Shown piece after piece: positions 1-17,042 of a DNA stretch of 64,000 nucleotides; positions within the stretch are counted from its first letter, which is position 1; every line of letters begins with the position of its first letter. The position numbers and the translations under genes are program-made. The notes under the pieces were generated by a model. The model was not told the origin of the DNA. It worked only from the letters and a program-made list of their open reading frames with translations, and did not search any database. Location: NCBI RefSeq assembly GCF_024502345.1, contig NZ_JALDNN010000001.1; one strand, written 5' to 3'. The stretch is from Escherichia coli (GTDB lineage: Bacteria > Pseudomonadota > Gammaproteobacteria > Enterobacterales > Enterobacteriaceae).

Positions 1-27
1 TAGATCAGCGCCTGAACCAGCGTATGA

Positions 28-558
28 CTATCCATGATGGGCCTCCTGCCATTCCAGCAGACGTTGCTTATAGTGACGCGCCTGCCCTTCGAGGGTTTCG
101 TCGTCACAAATAAAGGTGCAGTGCATGGCAAACGGTGGCAGCCAGTTCAGCCCGCAGTAGATTGCCGTCGCCTGTAGCGGCTGCGACAGCACATCAAAGC
201 CCGGATGCGCACCAATTTCAAAATGGCTTTCCCCGCCGCCGGTCGTCACCGCCCACAGCAAATGTTTGCCATGCAGCGCCGTGCCGCCGTGACCGTAAGC
301 CCAGCCGTGCGAGAAGACTTTATCGATCCAAAGTTTAAGGAGCGGAGGAATGCTGTACCACTGCATCGGGTGCTGCCAGACGATCAGATCGGCGCGAGAC
401 AGCGCCTCCTGCTCGGCGGCAATATCGATATTGAAGTCAGGATAGAGTTGATAAAGAGAGCGAATTTCGACGCCATCCAGCGTCCTTGCCTGTTCAAGCA
501 TCCGTTTATTCGCATGGGAATGATGCGGATACGGATGCGCATAAATGATGAGGATCAT
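28..558 (-). CDS. kefF: KefF, flavoprotein regulatory subunit of KefC potassium efflux system (176 aa)
   Basis: Full-length ORF in track; translated sequence recognised as E. coli KefF; synteny with yaaU and fix genes. Confidence 0.9.
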   Translation of the reverse strand: MILIIYAHPYPHHSHANKRMLEQARTLDGVEIRSLYQLYPDFNIDIAAEQEALSRADLIVWQHPMQWYSIPPLLKLWIDKVFSHGWAYGHGGTALHGKHLLWAVTTGGGESHFEIGAHPGFDVLSQPLQATAIYCGLNWLPPFAMHCTFICDDETLEGQARHYKQRLLEWQEAHHG

Positions 559-668
559 AGTTATTAGCCCGCGTGTTTACGCCTTTGTTTTCCCACAAAG
601 TGTAGTCATATATTCACGCGGCTTATAGTCAATAATATTGATTCAGAAAAGAGAGAAATCTGAACAAA

Positions 669-2000
669 TTACCCCATTCTCTGCCCGCGGATCGTCATAT
701 TGCTGGTCTGCGCCAGTGACATCCCTCGAGTCTCCGGGGCAAACGCTACGGAAATCAACAAGCCAAACAGCGAGATACCCGCCCCCATTAGCATCGTGTT
801 ACTGATACCGTAATTATTGATAAAGATCGGTAGTGCCCAGGTCGAAACAATGGTGCCAATACGACTTAAGGACATAATCACGCCCACGGCAGAGGCGCGG
901 ATATCTGTCGGGAAGAGTTCATTAGGATAGAGCCACTGCAAATTACCCGGCCCGCCAGAGAAAAAGGCATACACCGCAAAGGCCATCACTACCAGCCAGA
1001 TCCCCATATCCGGGATTAGCCCCAAAACCGCCAGCGCCAGCGTCATCATGGCAAAGCTGCCAATCAACAATGGACGCCGTCCGGCAGTGTTTAACCACAG
1101 CATCGGCGGAATACAGCCGAGCATAAAGAACAGGCTAATCACCACATTCCCTAGTGCCGCGTTTTTGCCAACCCCCAATCCCAACAAACCAACGATTTGC
1201 GGGCCAAAGGTGTAAATGGCGAACATTGGGATCACCTGGCAGGTCCAGATGGCGGCAACAAACAGAACAAAAGGAAAATGGCGGCGATTAAACAGATCGC
1301 GAAAACGGGTTTGCTGCGGCTGCTCTTCATCGAAAGCCACCGGTTCGCCAAACAGTTTTATCATCATCTCTTCGCACTCTTTTACTCGCCCTTTGCGTAA
1401 TAACCAGCGGGGAGATTCAGGCAGTTCGAATCGACCAATCAAAATCAACAAACAGGGGATCGCCGCGCTACCCAGCATCCAGCGCCAGCCGCATTCCACA
1501 TCATAAAGCCAGTAGCCGACCAGATCGGCGCAGGTCGCGCCGACATACCACATGGCGGCGATAAAGCTGATGGAAAATGCCCGCTGACGGGTACTGGAGA
1601 ACTCGGTGATCATTGAGGTGGCGATGGGATAATCTGCACCGATGACAATGCCGATAAGTACCCGCATCACCAACAGTTCGACGGGGGATGAAACAAACAT
1701 CGTCGCCACCGATATCACGCCGATGGCGATGATATCAATGAGGAACATTTTGCGCCGTCCGACTTTATCGGAAATATAGCCAAACAGCGATGTGCCAACG
1801 AACAGCCCGGCGAGCGTTCCCGCGCCCAACAAGCCAATCCAGTCAGCGTCCAGTTTTAGCGCCGGAGTCAGTTGCTCCAGCGCCACGCCAATCATTACCA
1901 GTACATAACCATCCAGAAACGGACCACCGCTTCCCCACAGCAAAATGCGGCGGTGAATTGAGGAGAATTTGAGATCGTCAAAGTTTCTGGACGGTTGCAT
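669..2000 (-). CDS. yaaU: Putative MFS transporter YaaU (443 aa)
   Basis: Full-length ORF; multi-TM hydrophobic protein; position between kefF and fixX. Confidence 0.9.
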   Translation of the reverse strand: MQPSRNFDDLKFSSIHRRILLWGSGGPFLDGYVLVMIGVALEQLTPALKLDADWIGLLGAGTLAGLFVGTSLFGYISDKVGRRKMFLIDIIAIGVISVATMFVSSPVELLVMRVLIGIVIGADYPIATSMITEFSSTRQRAFSISFIAAMWYVGATCADLVGYWLYDVECGWRWMLGSAAIPCLLILIGRFELPESPRWLLRKGRVKECEEMMIKLFGEPVAFDEEQPQQTRFRDLFNRRHFPFVLFVAAIWTCQVIPMFAIYTFGPQIVGLLGLGVGKNAALGNVVISLFFMLGCIPPMLWLNTAGRRPLLIGSFAMMTLALAVLGLIPDMGIWLVVMAFAVYAFFSGGPGNLQWLYPNELFPTDIRASAVGVIMSLSRIGTIVSTWALPIFINNYGISNTMLMGAGISLFGLLISVAFAPETRGMSLAQTSNMTIRGQRMG

Positions 2001-2057
2001 GGGTTATTCCTGTTTTTTGCAATGAGAGTCAGTGCGGCGTTACGTATCAAACCAACA

Positions 2058-2345
2058 TCAGCCGTAACGGAACTCCACACCAAAGGTGCCGCGCGGGTAT
2101 TCCCACTGTTCCAGCGCCGACCCCAGCCCCAGAATGCGACAGGTGCCGCACTCCAGACATCCGGCGTAATCGAAGCGCACACTGCCGTCATCCTGCTTCT
2201 TGTACAGACCTGCGGGGCACGCTTTCACCAGCAGCTCCAGGGCCTGTTTATCGGCATCGGCCTTCACAACAATGTGCGGATGCTCTTCATCGACATTGAA
2301 TTTATTGACGCCCAGTTTGACGTCCACATTGACGGGAGAAGTCAT
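2058..2345 (-). CDS. fixX: Ferredoxin-like protein FixX (95 aa)
   Basis: ORF with CxxCxxC ferredoxin-like motif; start overlaps fixC stop (ATGA). Confidence 0.9.
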   Translation of the reverse strand: MTSPVNVDVKLGVNKFNVDEEHPHIVVKADADKQALELLVKACPAGLYKKQDDGSVRFDYAGCLECGTCRILGLGSALEQWEYPRGTFGVEFRYG

Positions 2346-3628
2346 AAAACGGTCACTCCTTTCATGCCATCCTTGATCAGATTGATGAAGCCCACTTTCT
2401 TGCCGTGGCGGAGGATTTTCTTGCGCATCAGTTCCGGCGCACTGCCGTCAATGGTGAACAGGTCACGCGCCACGCCCACCGCCAGTTCCGGGTAGCCGCT
2501 AAACATGCGTGGGTTATCAAGGAAGGCCGGTAGTTTCTGGTACATACGCATATCGCGCAGCGGGCCACTCTCAAGATGCTGACGATATTCCGCGAGTTTT
2601 TGCTTACTGAAATCGTCGCTTTTCATCGCTGAAAGCACGGTTTTTGCTGCGGCTTCCCCGGCGGCAATCGCCAGATCCATACCGCGAATGGTAAAACCGA
2701 GGTTCATACACATTCCGGCGGCATCACCGGCAATCAATACGCCGTCACCAACCAACTCCGGCAGCATGTTGATGCCTGCTTCCGGCACTACGTGAGCGGA
2801 ATATTCCACCAGCTTGCCGCCCGCGATCAGCGGTGCCACTGCCGGATGCTGTTTGAAATCTTCCAGCATTTGCGGCACCGATTTTTTTGCGTCATGCAGA
2901 TGATGCAGACCACAAACCAGCCCCAGCGACAGGGTATTTTCATTGGTATAAAGGAAGCCGCCGCCCATCAGGCCATCGGTGGGTGATCCCGCAAACAGAC
3001 AAGCCGCGCCCTGATTACCCTGCAACTGAAAACGGTCTTCGATTACCGACTTCGGTAACTCGATCAGTTCCTTCACGCCAACCGCCACATCCGTCGGTTT
3101 AACGCGTTTTGCCATCCCCAACTTTTCGGCAAGGATGGAGTTCACCCCATCAGCAAGGATCACCGTTTTCGCTTCAATCACATCACCATCGGCTTCTACA
3201 CCGACGACTTTGCCATCGCGCTGTACGAGGTTATCGACGCGGATCCCGGTAATTAACTGCGCGCCCGCTTCTTCGGCCTGCTCCATCAACCAGGCATCAA
3301 ATTTACTGCGCAAAACGGAGTAAGAACGCTGGGATGGCGAGGTTTCGTCACCGTTGCAGTAGTCCATAGTCATCGCTGACTTTTCCGTCATAAACGCGAG
3401 TTTTTCATGGGTGATCAGGCGTTCTACGGGGGCGGATTCGGCGAAACCTGGAATAATGTGTTCCAGACTGTGGGCATAGAGACGCCCGCCAGTAACGTTC
3501 TTGGCACCTGCGGAATTGCCACGCTCGATAACTAACACTTGCGCCCCTTCGCGGGCGAGCACCAGTGCGGCAACCGAACCGGCAAGCCCTGCACCGACGA
3601 TGATGGCGTCAAAGATATCTTCGGACAT
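2342..3628 (-). CDS. fixC: FAD-dependent oxidoreductase FixC (428 aa)
   Basis: N-terminal GxGxxG dinucleotide-binding motif (IVGAGLAGS); operon context fixABCX. Confidence 0.92.
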   Translation of the reverse strand: MSEDIFDAIIVGAGLAGSVAALVLAREGAQVLVIERGNSAGAKNVTGGRLYAHSLEHIIPGFAESAPVERLITHEKLAFMTEKSAMTMDYCNGDETSPSQRSYSVLRSKFDAWLMEQAEEAGAQLITGIRVDNLVQRDGKVVGVEADGDVIEAKTVILADGVNSILAEKLGMAKRVKPTDVAVGVKELIELPKSVIEDRFQLQGNQGAACLFAGSPTDGLMGGGFLYTNENTLSLGLVCGLHHLHDAKKSVPQMLEDFKQHPAVAPLIAGGKLVEYSAHVVPEAGINMLPELVGDGVLIAGDAAGMCMNLGFTIRGMDLAIAAGEAAAKTVLSAMKSDDFSKQKLAEYRQHLESGPLRDMRMYQKLPAFLDNPRMFSGYPELAVGVARDLFTIDGSAPELMRKKILRHGKKVGFINLIKDGMKGVTVL

Positions 3629-3678
3629 AAGAGCTCCCTGTCAGCGGCAGAGCCGTAATGCAGCCCTGCCAGAGTGGA

Positions 3679-4620
3679 TCAACGCGCTAAAGCTGCGGTC
3701 AGTGCCGGAAGGATCTTCACGGCATCGCCAACAATGCCGTAATCCGCGTACTGGAAGATCGGCGCATTTTTATCTTTATTGATGGCGAAAATGGTTTGCG
3801 ATGCATTAGCACCAACCATGTGCTGGATCTGCCCGGAGATCCCCACAGCCAGATACAATTCAGGTTTCAGCATCAGGTTGGAGATACCGACATAGCGTTC
3901 GTGCTCCATCCATTTTTCGTTTTCCGCCACCGGACGAGAACAGGCCAACTCCGCACCTATCGCCTTGCAAAGCTGTTCTGCCAGCGCAATGTTCTCTTTG
4001 CTTCCAATGCCGCGACCGACGCTGACCACCAGACGGGCTTTGTCGAGATCGACGCTGTTGCTCTGGCGCGCCTGGGTTGCCGTGCGGGTAATCGCCACAG
4101 CCGGAGCCTGCCACTCCACGGTGTGCGTTTCACCAGTGCGTGACGCGTCTGGCTGAGCCGCATCGAACGTGCCGCTGCTGATGGTCAGTACCGCATACGG
4201 CGTGGCAATGCGTTCTTCGCCAATCGCCAGACCGCCGTAAACCATGTGTTTCACTGTCGCTTTACCGTCCTGTACGCTGACGGTGCTGGCATCGTTAGAC
4301 ACCGCCGCTTTAAGGCGATAACCCAGTTTTGCCGCCAGTAATTTGCCGCGACGGGTGTTTGGCAACAGCACCAGACCGTCTGCGCCGTGCTGGCGAATAG
4401 TGTCAGCCATGACACCGGCGTAATCTTCGATCATCCGATCGTCCGGTTTGCCGTTTAATTTCCAGACATGATTAGCGCCGAGCTGGATTGCCTGTGCGCC
4501 GTCGGCATCATTGAGGACAAAGGCATTGATTTGATTAGCTAAAGCCTGCGCACCGTTCATCAGTTCCGGCAGACGAGAAGGGGTATCGCTGAATACCCAG
4601 ACTTGAGAAAACGTGTTCAT
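3679..4620 (-). CDS. fixB: Electron-transfer-flavoprotein alpha-subunit-like FixB (313 aa)
   Basis: Full-length ORF; operon context. Confidence 0.92.
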   Translation of the reverse strand: MNTFSQVWVFSDTPSRLPELMNGAQALANQINAFVLNDADGAQAIQLGANHVWKLNGKPDDRMIEDYAGVMADTIRQHGADGLVLLPNTRRGKLLAAKLGYRLKAAVSNDASTVSVQDGKATVKHMVYGGLAIGEERIATPYAVLTISSGTFDAAQPDASRTGETHTVEWQAPAVAITRTATQARQSNSVDLDKARLVVSVGRGIGSKENIALAEQLCKAIGAELACSRPVAENEKWMEHERYVGISNLMLKPELYLAVGISGQIQHMVGANASQTIFAINKDKNAPIFQYADYGIVGDAVKILPALTAALAR

Positions 4621-4634
4621 AGCATCCCCTGTAA

Positions 4635-5405
4635 TTAAATGACTTTGCGAAGATTTTCAGCAAATGCGGCGATCTGTTCTTCGCCGTCGCCTTCAATCAC
4701 GATGCGCTGACGCTCGCGCTGTTTCGGCGCGGCAACCTGTTGTTCAGACCAGACGTCCACGGCGTTAAAACCAATATCCGCCGCCGACCATACCTGGACT
4801 GGCTTTTTCGCCGCGCCGAGAATGGCTTTCATCGAAGGAATTTGTGGGGAGTTGATATCAGTGGAAACAGCAACAACCGCAGGCAGCGGAATGCTTAACG
4901 TTTCTGTTTCATCTTCCAGTTCGCGCTCAACGGTGAGGGTATCTGCCGTCAGGGAGATAATTTTGCTGACGCCGTTAACTGCCGGAATATTGAGGATTTC
5001 GCCTACCAGCAAACCAACCTGCTGGGCATAAAGGTCGGAAGAACCATCGCCACAGAGGATCAAATCAAAGCCTGCTTTCTGGGCGGCTGCAGCCAGTGCG
5101 CTCGCCGTTTGTTGCGGCAGTGCCTGCTCGAACTGGTCATCAATTACCACAATCAGTTCATCCGGGCCGCGCGATAACACATCTTTACGCCCTTTGGCGT
5201 TGGTCAGGGCTTTACCGCCCACACTTAAGGCTGTCACCTGCGCCTCTGCTGCCTGTTGCTTTAGCTGGCAAGCCGCTTCAATAGCGTTGAGATCGTATTG
5301 GCTTATTTTGGCATCGGCTTTGCTGAAGTCTAATGAACCATCAGCATTATTGACCGCAATATCCCGTTCATCAGGCACGCACTTATAGCAAGTAATAATC
5401 TTCAT
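4635..5405 (-). CDS. fixA: Electron-transfer-flavoprotein beta-subunit-like FixA (256 aa)
   Basis: Track ORF (4635..5468) trimmed to internal Met MKIITCYK, the FixA N-terminus as I recall it. Confidence 0.88.
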   Translation of the reverse strand: MKIITCYKCVPDERDIAVNNADGSLDFSKADAKISQYDLNAIEAACQLKQQAAEAQVTALSVGGKALTNAKGRKDVLSRGPDELIVVIDDQFEQALPQQTASALAAAAQKAGFDLILCGDGSSDLYAQQVGLLVGEILNIPAVNGVSKIISLTADTLTVERELEDETETLSIPLPAVVAVSTDINSPQIPSMKAILGAAKKPVQVWSAADIGFNAVDVWSEQQVAAPKQRERQRIVIEGDGEEQIAAFAENLRKVI

Positions 5406-5500
5406 TGCATCTCCAGAAATCATGAAGGAAACGTCGTTCATATCGGTGGTGTTAATTACAGATATCACGCCCTTTAATTTGGAAATAAAACTTTAATCAC

Positions 5501-5511
5501 CAATATTGAAA
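5501..5511. promoter_or_regulatory. Extra copy of the CAATATTGAAA half-site in the cai/fix divergent control region
   Basis: Exact motif match upstream of the two complete inverted-repeat sites. Confidence 0.4.
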
Positions 5512-5535
5512 ATGTCACACGCAGATAAATCCAAC

Positions 5536-5570
5536 TTTCAATATTGTTAAGTTCCTCACCAATATTGAAA
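5536..5570. promoter_or_regulatory. Putative CaiF operator: TTTCAATATTG-N13-CAATATTGAAA
   Basis: Perfect 11-bp inverted repeat with 13-bp spacer, in the fixA-caiT intergenic region. Confidence 0.6.
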
Positions 5571-5592
5571 ACATGGCGTAGCAAAAAGAAAT

Positions 5593-5627
5593 TTTCAATA
5601 TTGTTTTATGGATCACCAATATTGAAA
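5593..5627. promoter_or_regulatory. Second putative CaiF operator: TTTCAATATTG-N13-CAATATTGAAA
   Basis: Second perfect copy of the same 11-N13-11 inverted repeat. Confidence 0.6.
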
Positions 5628-5720
5628 GTCAGATGCTATTTTTTCACTCACAACATAACATAACAAACTGATTAATAATCAAAATTAACGAGAAAAGCGC
5701 CCTCTATTCACCCGAAACAA

Positions 5721-5742
5721 AAATGTGATAACAATCACAGAA
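5721..5742. promoter_or_regulatory. CRP binding site (TGTGA-N6-TCACA)
   Basis: Perfect match to both CRP consensus half-sites, TGTGAtaacaaTCACA, in the cai/fix intergenic region. Confidence 0.6.
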
Positions 5743-5875
5743 TGCAGCTTATTGAATACCCATTATGAGTTAGCCATTAACGCGTCCACGAGGTTAATAA
5801 TAATTATATTAAATGTTAACAAAAATAAAACAAACGGGAACGCAAAATAAATATTCGTTTTCACAGTGGAATTAA

Positions 5876-7393
<1,518 letters not shown>

Positions 7394-7423
7394 TTAACCC
7401 CCAAAATATCAAGAGGTTGAAAG

Positions 7424-8566
7424 ATGGATTTTAATTTAAATGATGAGCAGGAACTGTTTGTCGCCGGTATCCGCGAACTGATGGCCAGCGAAAACTGGGA
7501 GGCCTATTTTGCCGAGTGCGACCTTGACAGCGTCTACCCGGAACGTTTTGTCAAAGCACTGGCGGATATGGGTATCGACAGTCTGCTGATCCCTGAAGAG
7601 CACGGTGGTCTGGACGCGGGGTTTGTTACTCTCGCCGCCGTGTGGATGGAGCTGGGACGTCTGGGGGCACCAACCTATGTGCTGTACCAGTTGCCGGGCG
7701 GGTTCAACACCTTCCTGCGCGAAGGCACACAAGAGCAGATCGACAAGATTATGGCTTTCCGCGGCACCGGTAAGCAGATGTGGAACTCAGCGATTACCGA
7801 ACCGGGCGCGGGCTCCGACGTGGGTAGCCTGAAAACGACTTATACCCGTAGAAATGGTAAGATTTATCTTAATGGTAGTAAGTGTTTTATTACCAGCAGC
7901 GCCTACACCCCATACATCGTGGTGATGGCGCGCGACGGGGCTTCTCCGGACAAACCTGTCTACACCGAATGGTTTGTTGATATGAGCAAACCGGGCATCA
8001 AAGTGACCAAACTTGAAAAGCTCGGTCTGCGTATGGATAGCTGCTGTGAAATCACCTTTGACGACGTGGAACTGGACGAGAAAGACATGTTCGGTCGGGA
8101 AGGTAACGGCTTTAACCGCGTCAAAGAAGAGTTCGATCATGAACGTTTCCTGGTAGCTCTCACCAACTACGGTACGGCGATGTGCGCCTTTGAAGATGCG
8201 GCGCGCTACGCCAACCAGCGCGTGCAGTTTGGCGAGGCTATTGGCCGTTTCCAGTTGATTCAGGAAAAATTCGCCCACATGGCGATCAAATTAAACTCCA
8301 TGAAAAACATGCTGTATGAAGCAGCGTGGAAAGCAGACAACGGCACCATCACCTCTGGCGATGCAGCGATGTGCAAATACTTCTGCGCCAATGCGGCATT
8401 TGAAGTGGTGGATAGCGCAATGCAGGTGCTGGGCGGTGTCGGGATTGCGGGCAACCACCGCATCAGCCGCTTCTGGCGTGACCTGCGTGTAGACCGCGTC
8501 TCCGGGGGATCTGACGAAATGCAGATCCTGACGCTGGGTCGCGCGGTGCTGAAGCAATACCGCTAA
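7424..8566 (+). CDS. caiA: Crotonobetainyl-CoA reductase, acyl-CoA dehydrogenase family (380 aa)
   Basis: Full-length ORF; operon position. Confidence 0.93.
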   Translation: MDFNLNDEQELFVAGIRELMASENWEAYFAECDLDSVYPERFVKALADMGIDSLLIPEEHGGLDAGFVTLAAVWMELGRLGAPTYVLYQLPGGFNTFLREGTQEQIDKIMAFRGTGKQMWNSAITEPGAGSDVGSLKTTYTRRNGKIYLNGSKCFITSSAYTPYIVVMARDGASPDKPVYTEWFVDMSKPGIKVTKLEKLGLRMDSCCEITFDDVELDEKDMFGREGNGFNRVKEEFDHERFLVALTNYGTAMCAFEDAARYANQRVQFGEAIGRFQLIQEKFAHMAIKLNSMKNMLYEAAWKADNGTITSGDAAMCKYFCANAAFEVVDSAMQVLGGVGIAGNHRISRFWRDLRVDRVSGGSDEMQILTLGRAVLKQYR

Positions 8567-8574
8567 GTCCGTGC

Positions 8575-8662
8575 GCTGCCTGATGCGACGCTAATGCGTC
8601 TTATCAGGCCTACGGGAGCACGAATGTAGGCCGGATAAAGCGTTTACGCCGCATCCGGCAGT
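8575..8662. repeat. REP/BIME palindromic element cluster
   Basis: Paired GCCTGATGCGACGC...GTAGGCCGGATAAG palindromic units between caiA and caiB. Confidence 0.75.
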
Positions 8663-8676
8663 CATGCGCTACATAA

Positions 8677-9912
<1,236 letters not shown>

Positions 9913-9985
9913 ACGCGTGGCGTCAGTCGGCTTGCCTGACTAGCGCCCGCCCAATAACAAACGAACAAAAATGGATAGAGGTGCA

Positions 9986-11539
9986 ATGGATATCATTGGC
10001 GGACAACATCTACGTCAAATGTGGGACGATCTTGCGGACGTTTACGGTCATAAAACGGCGCTGATTTGTGAATCCAGCGGCGGAGTCGTTAACCGGTATA
10101 GTTATCTTGAGTTAAATCAGGAGATTAACCGCACGGCAAACCTGTTTTATACGCTGGGGATTCGCAAAGGCGACAAGGTTGCACTACATCTCGACAACTG
10201 CCCGGAATTTATCTTTTGCTGGTTCGGGCTGGCAAAAATTGGCGCGATTATGGTGCCGATTAACGCCCGCCTGTTACGCGAGGAAAGCGCGTGGATCCTG
10301 CAAAATAGCCAGGCGTGCCTGCTGGTGACCAGTGCGCAATTCTATCCTATGTATCAACAGATTCAGCAGGAAGATGCCACTCAATTGCGGCACATTTGCC
10401 TGACAGATGTGGCACTTCCCGCTGATGATGGCGTGAGTTCGTTTACTCAACTGAAAAATCAACAACCTGCCACCTTGTGCTATGCACCGCCGCTATCGAC
10501 TGACGATACGGCGGAAATTCTCTTCACCTCCGGCACCACCTCCCGACCGAAAGGTGTGGTGATTACCCATTACAACCTGCGCTTCGCTGGATATTACTCC
10601 GCCTGGCAGTGTGCACTGCGTGACGATGACGTCTACCTGACGGTAATGCCTGCGTTTCATATCGATTGCCAGTGTACTGCGGCGATGGCGGCGTTTTCTG
10701 CCGGGGCCACCTTTGTGCTGGTCGAGAAATACAGCGCCCGCGCCTTCTGGGGACAGGTACAGAAGTACCGCGCCACCGTTACCGAATGTATTCCGATGAT
10801 GATCCGTACCTTGATGGTGCAGCCGCCTTCAGCGAACGATCGGCAACACCGCCTGCGGGAAGTGATGTTTTATCTCAACTTGTCGGAGCAGGAAAAAGAC
10901 GCATTTTGTGAACGCTTCGGCGTTCGCTTGCTGACGTCTTATGGGATGACGGAAACCATTGTGGGCATTATCGGCGATCGCCCTGGCGATAAACGACGCT
11001 GGCCGTCGATTGGTCGGGCGGGGTTTTGCTACGAAGCGGAGATCCGCGACGATCACAATCGCCCGCTCCCGGCAGGTGAGATCGGTGAAATCTGTATTAA
11101 AGGCGTACCAGGGAAAACCATCTTCAAAGAGTATTTTCTCAACCCGAAAGCCACTGCGAAAGTACTGGAAGCCGATGGCTGGTTACATACCGGCGATACC
11201 GGATACCGAGACGAAGAGGGCTTTTTTTATTTCGTCGATCGCCGCTGCAATATGATCAAACGCGGTGGCGAGAATGTCTCCTGCGTGGAGCTGGAAAATA
11301 TCATCGCCACCCATCCGAAAATTCAGGACATCGTGGTTGTGGGTATTAAAGATTCGATTCGCGATGAAGCCATCAAAGCATTTGTGGTGCTGAATGAAGG
11401 TGAAACATTGAGCGAAGAGGAATTTTTTCGCTTCTGCGAACAAAATATGGCGAAATTTAAAGTGCCCTCTTATCTGGAGATCAGAAAAGATCTGCCACGT
11501 AATTGCTCGGGGAAAATAATTAGAAAGAATCTGAAATAA
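9986..11539 (+). CDS. caiC: Crotonobetaine/carnitine-CoA ligase, adenylate-forming family (517 aa)
   Basis: Contains the AMP-binding signature [10 protein letters not shown]; track ORF starts 5 codons earlier, start chosen at MDIIGG. Confidence 0.88.
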   Translation: MDIIGGQHLRQMWDDLADVYGHKTALICESSGGVVNRYSYLELNQEINRTANLFYTLGIRKGDKVALHLDNCPEFIFCWFGLAKIGAIMVPINARLLREESAWILQNSQACLLVTSAQFYPMYQQIQQEDATQLRHICLTDVALPADDGVSSFTQLKNQQPATLCYAPPLSTDDTAEILFTSGTTSRPKGVVITHYNLRFAGYYSAWQCALRDDDVYLTVMPAFHIDCQCTAAMAAFSAGATFVLVEKYSARAFWGQVQKYRATVTECIPMMIRTLMVQPPSANDRQHRLREVMFYLNLSEQEKDAFCERFGVRLLTSYGMTETIVGIIGDRPGDKRRWPSIGRAGFCYEAEIRDDHNRPLPAGEIGEICIKGVPGKTIFKEYFLNPKATAKVLEADGWLHTGDTGYRDEEGFFYFVDRRCNMIKRGGENVSCVELENIIATHPKIQDIVVVGIKDSIRDEAIKAFVVLNEGETLSEEEFFRFCEQNMAKFKVPSYLEIRKDLPRNCSGKIIRKNLK

Positions 11540-11647
11540 ATGAAACGGCAGGGAACTACCCTGCCAGCTAATAATCATGCTCTAAAACAATATGCATTTT
11601 TTGCAGGGATGTTGTCGTCCCTGAAAAAGCAAAAATGGAGAAAAGGA

Positions 11648-12433
11648 ATGAGTGAATCATTACATCTGACCCGCAATGGATCAATTCTGGAAATTACCCT
11701 TGATCGCCCAAAAGCGAATGCTATTGATGCAAAAACCAGCTTTGAAATGGGCGAAGTATTTCTAAATTTCCGTGACGATCCGCAATTACGTGTCGCCATT
11801 ATTACCGGTGCCGGAGAGAAATTCTTTTCCGCGGGCTGGGATTTAAAAGCGGCAGCAGAAGGCGAAGCACCGGATGCTGACTTTGGCCCGGGTGGTTTTG
11901 CGGGATTAACCGAAATTTTCAATCTCGACAAACCGGTTATCGCAGCTGTGAACGGCTACGCCTTTGGCGGCGGTTTCGAACTGGCGCTGGCGGCAGATTT
12001 TATTGTTTGTGCCGATAACGCCAGCTTCGCCCTGCCGGAAGCCAAACTGGGCATCGTTCCTGACAGCGGCGGTGTGCTGCGTCTGCCGAAGATCCTGCCG
12101 CCTGCCATCGTCAATGAAATGGTGATGACCGGCAGACGAATGGGCGCAGAAGAGGCGCTGCGTTGGGGGATAGTCAACCGCGTGGTTAGCCAGGCGGAAC
12201 TGATGGATAACGCCCGCGAACTGGCTCAGCAGCTGGTTAACAGCGCCCCGCTGGCGATTGCGGCGCTGAAAGAGATCTACCGCACCACCAGCGAAATGCC
12301 GGTAGAAGAAGCGTATCGCTATATTCGCAGCGGCGTGTTGAAACACTATCCATCGGTTCTGCATTCGGAAGATGCCATTGAAGGGCCGCTGGCGTTTGCC
12401 GAGAAGCGCGATCCGGTGTGGAAAGGACGTTAA
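11648..12433 (+). CDS. caiD: Carnitinyl-CoA dehydratase, enoyl-CoA hydratase family (261 aa)
   Basis: Track ORF trimmed to internal Met MSESLHL; the longer ORF would overlap the caiC 3' end. Confidence 0.88.
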   Translation: MSESLHLTRNGSILEITLDRPKANAIDAKTSFEMGEVFLNFRDDPQLRVAIITGAGEKFFSAGWDLKAAAEGEAPDADFGPGGFAGLTEIFNLDKPVIAAVNGYAFGGGFELALAADFIVCADNASFALPEAKLGIVPDSGGVLRLPKILPPAIVNEMVMTGRRMGAEEALRWGIVNRVVSQAELMDNARELAQQLVNSAPLAIAALKEIYRTTSEMPVEEAYRYIRSGVLKHYPSVLHSEDAIEGPLAFAEKRDPVWKGR

Positions 12434-12438
12434 CAACC

Positions 12439-13029
12439 GTGAGCTATTACGCCTTTGAGGGGTTAATTCCGGTGGTTCACCCGACGGCGTTTGTCCATCC
12501 CAGTGCCGTCTTGATTGGCGATGTGATTGTGGGAGCCGGTGTCTACATCGGCCCACTCGCCTCACTGCGTGGTGACTACGGGCGGTTGATCGTGCAAGCG
12601 GGAGCCAATATTCAGGATGGCTGCATTATGCATGGCTACTGCGACACTGACACCATCGTTGGGGAAAACGGCCATATCGGGCACGGAGCGATCCTGCATG
12701 GTTGTGTGATTGGTCGCGATGCATTGGTCGGGATGAACAGCGTGATTATGGATGGCGCGGTCATTGGCGAAGAGAGCATTGTTGCCGCCATGAGCTTTGT
12801 CAAAGCAGGCTTTCACGGCGAGAAACGCCAGTTGTTGATGGGTACGCCAGCCCGCGCTGTACGCACTGTTAGTGACGACGAGTTACACTGGAAACGGTTG
12901 AATACCAAAGAGTATCAGGATCTTGTCGGGCGCTGTCATGCATCGTTACATGAAACACAGCCACTGAGGCAAATGGAGGAAAATCGCCCCCGTTTGCAGG
13001 GGACGACGGATGTGACGCCTAAACGGTGA
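12439..13029 (+). CDS. caiE: Carnitine operon protein CaiE, hexapeptide-repeat family (196 aa)
   Basis: GTG codon at 12439 gives the [10 protein letters not shown]-terminus; track ORF starts 7 codons upstream. Confidence 0.85.
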   Translation: MSYYAFEGLIPVVHPTAFVHPSAVLIGDVIVGAGVYIGPLASLRGDYGRLIVQAGANIQDGCIMHGYCDTDTIVGENGHIGHGAILHGCVIGRDALVGMNSVIMDGAVIGEESIVAAMSFVKAGFHGEKRQLLMGTPARAVRTVSDDELHWKRLNTKEYQDLVGRCHASLHETQPLRQMEENRPRLQGTTDVTPKR

Positions 13030-13033
13030 TCTT

Positions 13034-13116
13034 GCCGGATGCGGCGTAAACGCCTTATCCAACTCTGCTGGAGAGCAACCGTAGGCCGGATAAGATGCGC
13101 CAGCATCGCATCCGGC
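13034..13116. repeat. REP/BIME palindromic element cluster
   Basis: GCCGGATGCGGCGTAAACGCCTTATCC and inverted partner between caiE and caiF. Confidence 0.75.
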
Positions 13117-13147
13117 GACCAGGTCGCACGGTATCATCGAAATGACA

Positions 13148-13543
13148 TTAACGACGCATACTCTTTGACAACATCATCTGCCACTTCTGCTCGCGGTTAA
13201 GTTCCGTGAGCGGAACGGCAGGAATACGCGGTGTCTTTCTTACGCCGACTAATTTTTCCCGACTGTTATTGCGCAGGCGCGCGTAAATTTGCTCATCGAT
13301 ATCGACCACTTTAACCAGTCGCTGACACTGGCATCCCCGCCCTTCCAGCTTATTAGGGATCATCTCAACTTCGCAGCTTATTTCTGTGACTTCCGACAGA
13401 ATATAAGTCAGGGTATTAACCGCCTTGCTGTGTTCAATATCGAAATGAATAGAGATCTCTCTTGCTATCACCCACCGATTTTCAGCCATCATCCATTCGG
13501 CGATTAACAAGTAGAGTGGTTTTTCAACATATCCTTCACACAT
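13148..13543 (-). CDS. caiF: CaiF, transcriptional activator of the cai and fix operons (131 aa)
   Basis: Track ORF (166 aa) trimmed to MCEGYVEK; divergent from the cai operon. Confidence 0.85.
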   Translation of the reverse strand: MCEGYVEKPLYLLIAEWMMAENRWVIAREISIHFDIEHSKAVNTLTYILSEVTEISCEVEMIPNKLEGRGCQCQRLVKVVDIDEQIYARLRNNSREKLVGVRKTPRIPAVPLTELNREQKWQMMLSKSMRR

Positions 13544-13803
13544 ACGAACTCCAGTTTCACAAATTAAAAGTCTGGCTATGACTCGTTTTGAAGCAATTAA
13601 ACAAGGCCATATTAAAATTGTGGATATATCGATAGTATGCAACTTCACCGTCGATAAGTGTGAGCTAAATCCTGCTTATGTCATCAAAAATATCGATTCC
13701 CCAAAAGATTTACTTAATGGGCAAAAAAAACGGTCCTCATCAGAGAACCGTATTAGTTATTCGATCAAATTAGCGGATGAAAAATATCCGCCATGACACG
13801 CTA

Positions 13804-17025
<3,222 letters not shown>

Positions 17026-17042
17026 GGCTCTTTTACTCCTGA

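Noticed and set aside
4635-5468. N-terminal extensions in track ORFs (fixA 277 aa, caiD 297 aa, caiF 166 aa, ispH 344 aa, talB 338 aa, thrA 834 aa, dnaJ 386 aa)
   Set aside because: These come from taking the longest possible frame; internal starts reproduce the known N-termini and avoid overlap with upstream genes, so I trimmed them.
5641-5700. Possible FNR site (cTGATtaataATCAa) in the cai/fix intergenic region
   Set aside because: Half-site spacing is 5 rather than the canonical 4 bp, so I could not support it from sequence alone; the perfect CRP site nearby was retained.
8575-8662. Possible CRISPR array suggested by recurring palindromic units here and at five other sites
   Set aside because: The units are REP palindromes in separate intergenic regions, not regularly spaced direct repeats with unique spacers, and there are no cas genes.
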